Part shown: piece by piece, positions 21,575 through 31,770 of the stretch
Layout: each line of letters opens with the position of its first letter
How positions within the stretch are numbered: the first letter of the stretch is position 1
Assembly (NCBI GenBank): GCA_002269645.1
Contig: NIVC01004771.1
Span: forward strand, 1 to 35,366
DNA length: 35,366 nucleotides
Reading direction: 5' to 3'
From: Macrostomum lignano
Lineage: Eukaryota
The notes under the pieces: generated by a model
What the model was told of the DNA's origin: nothing
The model's database searches: none
What the model saw: only the letters and a program-made list of their open reading frames with translations
Program-made: the position numbers and the translations under genes

Positions 21575-22982
21575 CCATGTGATGCCCTAATCCTCTGGAT
21601 AGATTAGCAATTCAACTGATCCCTAATCCTCTGGATAGATTAGCAATTCAACTGATCCCTAATCCTCTGGATAGATTAGCAATTCAACTGATCCCTAATC
21701 CTCTGGATAGATTAGCAATTCAACTGATCCCTAATCCTCTGGATAGATTAGCAATCCAACTGATGCCCTAATCCTCTGGGATAGATTAGCAATCCATCTG
21801 ATCCCTAATCCTCTGGATAGATTAGCAATTCATCTGATACCCTAATCCCCAGGGTAGATTAGCAATCCATTAGATCCCTTAATCCCCAGGGTGATTAGCA
21901 TTCCATCTGATCCCCTAATCTTCAGGATAGATTAGCAATTCAACTGATCCCTAATCCTCTGGATAGATTAGCAATCCAACTGATGCCCTAATCCTCTGGG
22001 ATAGATTAGCAATTCAACTGATCCCTAATCCTCTGGATAGATTAGCAATTCAACTGATCCCTAATCCTCTGGATAGATTAGCAATCCAACTGATGCCCTA
22101 ATCCTCTGGGATAGATTAGCAATCCAACTGATGCCCTAATCCTCTGGATAGATTAGCAATTCAACTGATCCCTAATCCTCTGGATAGATTAGCAATCCAA
22201 CTGATGCCCTAATCCTCTGGGATAGATTAGCAATCCAACTGATGCCCTAATCCTCTGGATAGATTAGCAATTCAACTGATCCCTAATCCTCTGGATAGAT
22301 TAGCAATCCAACTGATGCCCTAATCCTCTGGATAGATTAGCAATTCAACTGATCCCTAATCCTCATGATAGATTAGCAATCCATCTGATCCCCTAATCCT
22401 CAGGATAGATTAGCAATCCATCTGATCCCCTAATCCTCATGATAGATTAGCAATCCATCTGATGCCCTAATCCTCTGGATAGATTAGCAATCCATCTGAT
22501 CCCCTAATCCTCAGGATAGATTAGCAATACATCTGATCTCCTAATCCTCGGGATAGATTAGCAATCCATCTGATCCCCTAATCCTCATGATAGATTAGCA
22601 ATCCATCTGATCCCCTAATCCTCAGGATAGATTAGCAATCCATCTGATGCCCTAATCCTCTGGATAGATTAGCAATCCATCTGATGCCCTAATCCTCTGG
22701 ATAGATTAGCAATCCATCTGATGCCCTAATCCTCTGGATAGATTAGCAATCCATCTGATCCCATCTAATCCTCAGGATAGATTAGGATTAGATCTGATCC
22801 CCTAATCCTCAGTAAAGATTAACAATCTATCTGATCCCCTAATCCTCATGATAGATTAGCAATCCATCTGATCCCCTAATCCTCAGGATAGATTAGCAAT
22901 CCATCTGATCCCCTAATCCTCAGGATAGATTAGCAATCCATCTGATCCCCTAATCCTCAGGATAGATTAGCAATCCATCTGA
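21575..22982. repeat. 36-38-bp minisatellite (GATAGATTAGCAATTCAACTGATCCCTAATCCTCTG), ~38 units, tropomyosin intron
   Basis: Two subfamilies: 5' CAATTCAACT/CTCTG and 3' CAATCCATCT/CTCAG. Each unit contains the inverted pair GATTAG/CTAATC and a CCCTAA hexamer. Confidence 0.97.
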
Positions 22983-23108
22983 TTTTCCCATCCACGTATC
23001 ACCAGAAGAGGCTAAGTACAGCAGACTACGAGACCCATGTCATGCAGGTGTTCTCAACTGCAAAAGCGATGAGCTCCAATCCACTACAAAACTGAGAATT
23101 TTTCCCAC

Positions 23109-23217
23109 CGTTGATGCCGCACGCAGGCGACTGGAGGCCGCCAGCTGCTCTGAGATTTCACGCGATCCCAGCCGAATCCCGGCTGCCCGGAGCGCCTCTT
23201 CCAGTTCGAGCACCTTG
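23109..23217 (-). CDS. Tm: Candidate alternative tropomyosin exon 6 (6b); 3' boundary uncertain (23142 or 23109)
   Basis: CCAG|c-KVLELEEALRAAGIRLGSREISEQL aligns residue for residue with KVKELRDELNLVTIHLKSLEISEAK and with invertebrate [25 protein letters not shown]. The canonical 76-nt end has only a GC donor; a GT donor lies 33 nt further on. Confidence 0.5.
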
Positions 23218-23521
23218 CTGGATCAAGTTTAGGCCGGAGAGCAAACAGGGAGAGGCTGAGTCAGGGATATTTAACAGTGACAAGCTGTACACAGGCACCC
23301 TGAGTGTACAGCGGCCCAGACTTTCTAATCGTCAGGCATTTACACTCTGTGTTCATCACACGACAACCCAACCTAGGGGTAAAAAAATTAACAATAATAA
23401 GCTCGAGCGAAACAAAACCGAAACGCCTTTTGAAACCTGCCGCTCTGCTGCCAAAGCATGCGATGCAAGCATTTTATTAGTTATAATAAATACTTCTAAC
23501 TGGCTTAAAGCATTTCCAAAC

Positions 23522-23668
23522 CTTTGCCTCGCTGATCTCTAACGATTTCAAATGAATAGTGACCAGGTTCAGCTCGTCACGGAGCTCTTTGACCTTCTTC
23601 TCGGCCGCGTCTGAGCGATCCTCGGCCTTGGCCAGCTGCTCTTCGGCCAGTTGAAGCTTCCTTCGAAC
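23522..23668 (-). CDS. Tm: Tropomyosin fused exon 5/6
   Basis: TTAAG|VRRKLQLAEEQLAKAEDRSDAAEKKVKELRDELNLVTIHLKSLEISEAK|GTTTGG; 147 nt = 71+76. Confidence 0.93.
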
Positions 23669-24271
23669 CTTAATAGGACAAGTCGGTCGGCCCAGGTGGC
23701 CAAGATTGTTAGTAAATTGTGTGCAGAGCAGCAGCGCACTGGAGCAAAATCAACTCAGAAATGCAGGCATGCATTTAACCTAGCTAAACATAGGCTTAGA
23801 CTGCTGATAGTGTAGTACTCGGCTGCAAGGTTGCAAGCGTAGTTACGCTGTCACCATAGCAACAGCAATAATTGCAGGAGGATTTTGGGCACTACACTAC
23901 ACTAAGGCATGTACATATCTGTGCCTTGTGAATCGCACCACAATTCACCGGCCAATTTTATGACAAGCCCAAATGAATGTGGCCAAGAAGTTCGGATTTC
24001 TTAAAGAAAACGGGCATTTAGGCAGAGGCAGCGATCGTCAGCGTGCTAAAAATGTATTGAAGCAATGAATAGAGCGTAAATGAGTGCAACAGGTACTTTA
24101 ATTCAAGCATTTTCTCTGATACCTGTCTAAAACAGCCTTATTCAACAGTCAGGGAGAATGAACTGCAAATCAATCTGGAACATTCAGCACCAACATGCAG
24201 CAACCCGCATGCCAAATCCAGATATTGCAACACTCTAGAAAGGCAACCTGTCAGCAAAACTGAAGCGGCAA

Positions 24272-24364
24272 TTATCGCTCTCCGCTGTTGCTGCTGCTGC
24301 CTCGCTTAGCAACGGTTGCTGGGGCTGGGTCTCGTCGGGGGGCAGGCGACTGCGTCGTTTCAGC
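24272..24364 (-). CDS. Candidate alternative terminal exon after tropomyosin exon 4 (low-complexity 30-aa tail)
   Basis: CTATAG|AETTQSPAPRRDPAPATVAKRGSSSNSGER*; the phase-0 acceptor fits the phase-0 end of exon 4; GC-rich island in an AT-richer intron. No transcript evidence. Confidence 0.35.
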   Translation of the reverse strand, partial: AETTQSPAPRRDPAPATVAKRGSSSNSGER

Positions 24365-24650
24365 CTATAGCGCACACAATTCGGGACGGCAAAGTTTGCT
24401 TTGAATCTGACTGTAGCCTGCATGCCTACAGACATTTAGAATAAACAATAAATATGCAGCACGCGCGGAAGCGCGCTTCAGTGAGCGCATCTTAGATTGT
24501 AATTAATAAAACAAAACAGGGCGGAGATTTGAATTACTAGATGTCCAAGAAATCATTTAGCAACTAAGTAACTAAGATATTTGCTAGCTAAATAGGTGAA
24601 AGGTAAAATTAATAAAAAATCCCACTATAACAGAGATAAGCCGTCATCAC

Positions 24651-24768
24651 CTCCTCCAGATTGGTCTCTGCGTCGCTAGCAGCGTCTGTGGCCTCGTTGA
24701 CAAGCTGCTCCAGCTGGTTGATGCGGCTGTCATCAATGTTCTGCCGATTTTCCAGCACTTTGCGAGCC
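24651..24768 (-). CDS. Tm: Tropomyosin exon 4
   Basis: AACAG|(R)ARKVLENRQNIDDSRINQLEQLVNEATDAASDAETNLEE|GTGATG; 118 nt, phase 2 to 0. Confidence 0.94.
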
Positions 24769-25184
24769 CTGTTTATTATTATTACTGTTATTAATCACAC
24801 TGCGTGCATGCATGAGCGCCTAAGTGAAACAGGCTTGGCAGGTGGATGCTAATGCCAAAAGAAAAGTTATCTTAATTTCAAAGCACATGTTTTCAAAAAA
24901 CCTATTCCTCAACTAAATTAACAAATTAGAATTATTGGACAACATAAAAAATTTTACCAAAATGATATTTTAAAAAAAAATTTCCTCTGACTTCAAACTT
25001 TTCATTTTGATGAATTTGATGGTATAAAAACTAAAATTGAGAATAGGTAATGCATGACTGCTTATATAATTTTTAATACAAAAAAGTTTAAAAATGCAAA
25101 AATATATTCAGACATTAGGTGTATGTGGATAACATAAAAAATAGATTTATATATTTACTTGCTAAAATATAAATTAATATTTAC

Positions 25185-25318
25185 CTTTCACTTTCTTCTG
25201 CTGTCTTGTTTGCTTCTTGAAGCTTCTGATTGGTATCGTTCAATCGACCTTCAGTCTGTTCAAGCTCATCTTCTAGAAGCTGAATTCTTCTAGCAAGACT
25301 TTGGACTTCTGTCTCTGC
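25185..25318 (-). CDS. Tm: Tropomyosin exon 3 (first common exon)
   Basis: TTCTAG|AETEVQSLARRIQLLEDELEQTEGRLNDTNQKLQEANKTAEESE(R)|GTAAAT; 134 nt; tropomyosin signature RRIQLLE.EL. Confidence 0.96.
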
Positions 25319-25635
25319 CTAGAAAAATTGATAAAAAACATGTTTATAATTAATATTTTACCATTTGAAAAACACTTTAAAGGGAAGAAAATACAACTAA
25401 ATGTTAATTTATGTGTAATAAAGTTGTTCAATACACTTAAATATAAAGTTATTTTGCTAAGAAAAAAGTTAACGTCATAAAGGTGAGAATAAATATTTGC
25501 TGAAATGAAAAACTAGAGATCTAACAGCCACAGATAGCCGATAAGCACAGTCAAATATTTTATACTATAGTAAAATGAGGTAAAATGGATGAGCTAAAAG
25601 AAACATGCATTGTTTTGCAAAATTGCAGTAATTAC

Positions 25636-25785
25636 CGAGTTGCGAAGCTCAACTTCCATCTTTAATTCTTCCTCTTTACGCTCAAGTTCATCAGTGACTT
25701 TGTCTAAATCGTTTTTTAGGCCTTGCATTTTTTGTTTTAAAACAGACAAAACACCTTGTGTTTGGTTGTTCTTCTCGGCCGCCAT
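25636..25785 (-). CDS. Tm: Tropomyosin short first exon (exon 1b-like, LMW isoform; 254-255 aa product)
   Basis: MAAEKNNQTQGVLSVLKQKMQGLKNDLDKVTDELERKEEELKMEVELRNS|GTAATT; 150 nt, phase 0; contains the VLKQKMQ.LK motif. Confidence 0.9.
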
Positions 25786-26356
25786 ATTGTTCTTTTTATA
25801 TTTTGGTATTGGATATGAAAGCTAATAGCGTTTGTATGTGAAAATGCAGGGTATATGTACAATGTACTGTTCAGCCAGTACAAAAAATGAAGGAACACGT
25901 GTGAAGTTAAATCGACGCCGGTTTATATAAATAAACAAATCATAACAATCATAACAGATAACTACGATATTTTAGCAACCAATTATGAACATCGTTTAAG
26001 TGCTGCTGGTTTTTTAAAGACGTATTTGTTGTCTATAAGTACAAATCTAATTATTTTGTTATTCAATTCTATAACACATTCTCATATTTGTTTTTTCATT
26101 CTACACGCACCAGAATTCCTATCCAGATAATGAACTAGCACTTAAAACTCATCTAAATGTATGAAAATACGTACATGTAGTTTTCATTTTTCTGAATTTA
26201 TCGCAACAGCCAACAAACAGGTACGATCGTTTATTAAGTTTTAATAACTATTTTTTCTACAGAAATAGTTGTTCGCCTGCTTGTGATCCATCAGTTAGGG
26301 TATTATTGTTTTCAGTACATGTTACGTACGTTTATCATTACTAAATATTATCCTAC

Positions 26357-27469
26357 CTTTCGTAGCGATTGCGAAATCATGTTTTGAATCTCGGCACCAA
26401 TGATGGAAAACTTGATCATTGTGCTTGAGTTGAGATTTACTGCTGAAAGGCCGCGCATAATCACACCCTTCTCGTCCACTTGACCCCTGGAGTCTGTGGA
26501 CATTGTCGATGCAGTGTCGCTATCGGAACAACTTCCATAGTCCGAGAACAATGGGTCTTTGCTGAGCAGATAGGCCAGATCAGAAGCCGCTGAATCTCTG
26601 CGTTTTTCCTTCCAATTGTTGGCCCAATGTGCGCCCCCTGCCGCGCCTCCGTAGCTTGAGGCGCCAAGCGACTCCATTTTTTCTGGCGTCGATGGCGCTC
26701 CTTCTGGATCGGGCCGCTGCTGATTGCGCGGGCACAGCCGATCACCGCCACGACGTCGGGGCGGTCGACGCTTACGTTTGCTGCCGCCGCCAGCTGAAGA
26801 AGACGAGAACGGTGACGCATTGTGCGGCTTGACTGACCGACCGGCGGCGCTGGATGCCGACGGAGCAACCGAGACGCCCAAATTCGGCTGGCGCTGCTGT
26901 TGGCGATAGCAACGGTCGTAGTAGTCCGGATCGAACGTTATGGTGAAGACAGAGTTGTCTGAGGTCACGTGACGTTGCACTGGAGGCGGCGAGCGTCTAG
27001 AACGAGATCGAGCAGCGGCGACGGCTGCTGCTGCCGCTGCTGTAGCGCTGGGCGAATACGGCCGCTCAAACAGCTGCTCTTGTTGTTGTTGCTGTTGCTG
27101 CAGCAGCTGCTGCTGCAGTGGCAAACTGTTTGAATGGCGCTGTTTTCGATGCGGTGGCTGGTACAGAGATTGGCTGCTGTGATACTGCTGCTGCATCAGG
27201 CCTTCGGCTTTAAAGCGGCTCTTGATGCCTCCGCTTGTCGACTGTTGGGCTCCGGAGCATCGCTGCTTCTGCTTCTCCTGGACGTGGGCCCAGTGTCGGT
27301 TAGAGGATTCGCGCGTCGAATTCGATGCAGCCGCAGCTGTCAGGGACGTCGACGAAGATGAAGATGGCGGCAGCGAGTTTGACGGTAGAAGGAAAAGAAA
27401 TTTGTCCTCGGCTGGGCGCTGGAATTCGAATTGTGAAATCTGATTTGTCTGAACACAATATTTGTCTGC
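26357..27469 (-). CDS. Tm: Large low-complexity alternative 5' exon of tropomyosin (371 codons; Q/S/A/R-rich)
   Basis: Frame is open from acceptor CGTTAG| at 27469 through ORF 26348-27196 to ...TMIKFSIIGAEIQNMISQSLRK|GTAGGA. The phase-0 donor is compatible with exon 3 (AETEV...); 1113 nt is divisible by 3. Confidence 0.7.
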
Positions 27470-27544
27470 CTAACGTGCAGCTGAATGTACTTAACAATCT
27501 AATGAATTAAGAAACTTGAAGACAGAAAAGGTCAACAGACTTAC

Positions 27545-27623
27545 TCGAACTTTCTCCGCCTCAGGCCCTCGATGATGCGACCGCTTCTCACGAGCCGAGT
27601 CGAACTGGCGATCGGATGAGGAT
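27545..27623 (-). CDS. Candidate upstream exon B of the long tropomyosin isoform
   Basis: Pyrimidine-rich acceptor GATCAG|, (R)SSSDRQFDSAREKRSHHRGPEAEKVR, perfect donor |GTAAGT; 79 nt, phase 2 to 0; 75-nt intron to the large exon. Confidence 0.45.
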
Positions 27624-27919
27624 CTGATCGAGGATGGCAGGAATGAGTAAGACAGTTTGCATATTCAGTAGGCAATCCGCCAAGTCTCTGTCATCATAAG
27701 TTCACTGGATTTAAGGGCAACGCGGCGACATTGAATCAGCATTCAGCGACGACGTATTATGTACGAGTATTATACTTTCGAGATGAAATTGATACACAAG
27801 AAAAGTTATGTACTTTTTTACTGTAATCTTACCATGAGGCAGGGATTTTGACCGAAGTCAAAATGCCCTATATACATGTAGGCCACAAATAAACCCAGAT
27901 TCTCATTTAAACAATTGGA

Positions 27920-28231
27920 CATTTTATTACACCTGCTCTAATGGCAGATGTGCAACCGATAGCTCAGCCGCAGCTATTGCGCGGCGCATCTGAAGGCTGC
28001 GTACGGCTGTTCAGTCCAAGGACTGGGGGTCGCCACACACACCCTCAATTACTCCAGCTACGAAATACGGTACCCATTTTACAGCTGGGTGAACTGAAGC
28101 AATGCAGAGTTAAGTGTCTTGCTCAAGGACACGTTCCGGACAAGTTCTCGTTCCGAATGGGTCGATAGAACGAATCCCCGACATTTAAGTCGTGAGTCCG
28201 ACGCTAAGTCTAACCACTAGGCTGCAACCCC
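27920..28231 (-). mobile_element. tRNA-derived CORE-type SINE, copy 1
   Basis: Minus strand: A-box-like GCAGCCTAGTGGTTAG head, then GTGTCCTTGAGCAAGACACTTAACTCTGCATTGCTTCAGTTCACCCAGCTGTAAAATGG, which resembles the MIR CORE domain; body shared with copy 2; ends in GTAATAAAAT. Confidence 0.8.
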
Positions 28232-28571
28232 TATCCAATATTGGACTGCATTGAAAATGTTGTTATCCAATAGTCCCATATTTTACGCTTTGATCTTGGT
28301 TTATTTAAAAATAACGACAACCATCGTGAAACAATGCATTCTTTTATACGCGTAAGCAAAACGGATTTTTACGGGTGGTTACGTGTTTTCGTGACGCCAT
28401 TATTTGAGAAGGCCCTTGAAGCACTATTTGCACCTATATTTACCTGTGGGAATCTTTTAGCGAACACCAGCTTTAAGGGCTCCAAAGCAGTAACGGGTCG
28501 CATCCGGGTTGTCTGCTAGCAATTTTAATTGTCAATGACCAGGAATATCCCTCCCAACAGGCTTAACTCAC

Positions 28572-28642
28572 CTTCCAAGAGCGCCATCCTTGTCCAACTT
28601 GACCGTCAGTATCTTCCTGACGGTTGGCTGCTGGTGATCCAT
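28572..28642 (-). CDS. Candidate start-codon exon A of the long tropomyosin isoform
   Basis: MDHQQPTVRKILTVKLDKDGALG+ag|GTGAGT; strong donor, and phase 2 matches exon B. A different phase-0 reading of the same donor is also possible. Confidence 0.35.
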
Positions 28643-31493
28643 GAGTAAGCAGTCGCCAAACTTCTGACGCGCCCGCGGTCCTGAGCGACTTTTCTAGCAG
28701 TGCCCTGGCATCGATATTGCAAAAAGAGAAAGAAATGACAACAAAAAGTCTGGCCCCGGCCTGTTGCTGCAATGCAGCTTTTCTCTCCTCCTTGCGGCGC
28801 CGCGGAGGGGAAGCTACGCAGGAGAAGGGAATAGGCTAGACTGCACGCTGCAGTGCGCAATGGACCAGGGGAAGGTCACAGTCCGGACAGGGGATTGCGC
28901 AGTGCCAGCACCGGGATCAAGGAATGCTCGATCGTCTGCTGACCCCCCCCCTCCAGCCCCAGCCCTTCACCAGTTGGCTGTAGGTGGAGACGGAAAGTCA
29001 AGGACGCTGCAGGATGCTGAAGCTGCATGGGCGAGCGAGCCAACCAAGCGTGCGAATGTTGGTACAGGTCGTAGAGAGGAGGCGGCAGCAGCTGAGGTCT
29101 GCACTGTTACTGGAAGGAATTTTCCTGCAGACTATGGGGTTTGGGCAGTCCGAATACCGATGCGTCACTGCACAGTCTGCGTCACTGCAGCTGCTGCATG
29201 CTACTGTTCCCGATTGCGAAGCCGCTTGCTTGCATGGGGATTGAATTCGGGCAGTGCGCCCTGCTGGGGAGGGTCATCCCAAATTGGTAGATCCCCGCCT
29301 TAGCTTAATGGGAGAATTTGGTAGCTAATTGCAGATTTTTTCGGATAAAATGACTCGAAACCTATTTATTGACGAACGACGGTGGGCACCAATGTTGATC
29401 CAACGGATGCGGGAACACTGGGTAAGATCTGACCGTTTGTTAACCTAGCTACTTAAAACAAATATGCAATATATGAGACAGAACCCTTAGTTCTTACCGG
29501 CCTCCATCTCATTTCTAAGAAAATCAAGTGTAACGCCTTTTTACCTCAGCTGCCTATGGTAAATTTCCACGCGTAAAATCAAAAGCGCCCACTTAACAAT
29601 CGGTCATCTGACAGCATCCACTTTAAAGTACAATGCCAGCTATACTGTAAGTGGCGCGCAGCAGCCAGACAAAAAGCAGAATAATAGAATTGCAGCGAGA
29701 GCAGCAGCTGTAGAAAGCGATCCATTATTCCCCATCGTGCATTTAAGCTATAGCGACTGTGCATGTTACGTCTATGGATACAGCCAGCGCGACCTATACT
29801 GTCTCTGAATTTTACTGAACTGTGTAACCGCCAGTTCAATCCGATCCATCACTAGTCAGACCGCAGCAGCCTGCGCGGCCTCATAAGGGAGGTCAAAAGT
29901 GGCTTCTTCAGCTATACACAACCGCGTCTGTTGAACACAATGACAATAAAAATTCCTCATTTAACTGGCAGCGCGGCGTCCAAAAGTTCAGCCCGTCTGG
30001 CTTCTGGCCAATTTGTTGGGCAAAAACTTTAGCTAAGGCTAAGGCTGGAATGATTAAAAAATTCCATAAGCAGACAGAAAGAATTGCAGCCCTGTGCATG
30101 TCCGCATTGCTGGGAAAGTAAACAAATTGGAATATTCTCTAAGGGGTAAAGGAAATTCGCTTTTAAGCTACTGTTAGTAGCTTCCGTTCCAGAAAATTCC
30201 TGAGATTTAGTTGAGGCACCTTTTAATAACCAAGGAGCACTTGAGCTATTCGTTATTTTCCTCTGCCAAAGTATTCAGTAAATAGATTCTCTTTGACAAT
30301 GTGAGATTTCGACTTTATGAAACGCCTCCGTTACAACAAAACCCTCCAAAGTCCTGGTTCAAATCAATCTTGAAAGGTTAAACGATCAAAGTACAATTAA
30401 TTGCTATTACTATGCATATACATAATATATCTGTGTAACGAGAAATAAAATGGAATTTCTACACAATACTCCGCAAGTATATTTGCTCAAAATTATGCTT
30501 AAAAGCTGAAACATACTACTTTACTCGTACGCACAAATGTAATAAACGTACAATGCACGAGTCTAGAAGTGCGTTTAAATATAAAAAAATGCCATTATAA
30601 TAATCAGACAATGACATACTACTAACCTATAATCAACAATGAAAACAAATACCGTACGAAGAAACAAGTGTTTAAATTTAACTATAATAAAAGTTGCTGA
30701 GTTGAGAACTGTGAAAATTAAGAGAGCATTAGGAACCTGATTTTATCTTGCAGCGATACGGCACGTTAAAATGTGTCATCCAGTTTAGTACTTATTTTTC
30801 AATACGATCACACTATACCAACTATACCAGCTATACCAACTGTAACGTTACTGTTTACTAACTATCATAAATACAAAATACTAATTCATATAATCCTGGG
30901 CTGGATGTTCGTCCCGAATCGGGGAAAACCGGCTGAGTCCGGTTTCCTCTTGCCCCTTGTGCCCCTCTCCGCCCCCTTGGCCTGGCCTCCAAAATAGAGC
31001 TGGATAGGCGATACCCTTGTGGCTTGCAGCCCTATAGGAGGATTTGTGCGGTTGCCTACCTGATAGGAGACTCGCCCTCGGATACAAGCCTTCCAGACTC
31101 ACTCCAATTATCAAGCCATTTCCGTAGACTTTAGGATATTCCCTGCTCTCGGACCGCTTTCTAACATATTTCATTCCAATTCTTTTTTCGCGCACTCCCG
31201 GGATTTGTCTGCTGGGTGGTGGCCTGAGTGGACTCGGTCCTTGCACCGTCCCTGATTCCACTAATATTGGGTTGGCGGTGTCTTAGTCCATAAGGCTTAG
31301 GTTAGTAGCTCCAATATGCCCCCTGGCCTAGACTTCGGGGTCCAATCAGGCGGGTATCTCGGGCTTTATGCCCCTGGTAGTGCCCCTCAGCGGCAGAGCC
31401 CCTCTCAGGGCTGATCCGCGGTAGCCCCCAGCTTCCCACCCCCGTTTAACAACAATCATATAATCGTAGTTCATAGAGCGCTTTGGATCACGG

Positions 31494-31770
31494 AAGGGTA
31501 GCACACATGCACCAGAAAGGATCAGGAAGGGTAGCACACTCGCTCCAGAAAGGATCAGGATAGGTAGCACACATGCACCAGAAAGGATCAGGAAGGGTAG
31601 CACAGTCGCTCCAGAAAGGATCTGGAAGGGTAGCACACTCGCTCAAGAAAGGATCAGGAAGGGTAGCACAGTCGCTCCAGAAAGATCAGGAAGGGTAGCA
31701 CACTCGCTCCAGAAAGGATAGGGAAGGGTAGCACGGTCGCTCCAGAAAGGATAGGGAAGGATAGCACACT
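31494..31770. repeat. 33-bp minisatellite (GGGTAGCACACTCGCTCCAGAAAGGATCAGGAA), ~8 units
   Basis: Tandem units; 11-aa periodicity in overlapping ORFs; lies just downstream of the C2orf76 stop codon. Confidence 0.92.

Noticed and set aside
9701-22982. CRISPR-like appearance of 30-38-bp repeats, some with hairpins, and repeat-encoded ORFs (RAPSPHGAS, MAMSQTGWPC, PLVLAPLGAGAPWCWR)
   Set aside because: Units are head-to-tail with no unique spacers, no cas genes, and lie in eukaryotic introns or flanks; the ORFs are repeat artefacts.
24247-24363. Phase-2 reading LKRRSRLPPDETQPQQPLLSEAAAATAESD as a degenerate exon 4 duplicate
   Set aside because: 117 nt with a phase-2 exit does not fit exon 5; proline-rich; the phase-0 exit frame contains a stop.
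28572-28642. PDZ-like start (ILTVKLDKDGALG)
   Set aside because: The next codon must be Arg or Ser rather than the hydrophobic residue of GLGF, and no further PDZ exons were found.
28764-29303. 179-aa plus-strand ORF and neighbouring ORFs at 29579-30099
   Set aside because: No recognisable domain or splice support; more likely antisense to GC-rich tropomyosin 5' sequence or chance.
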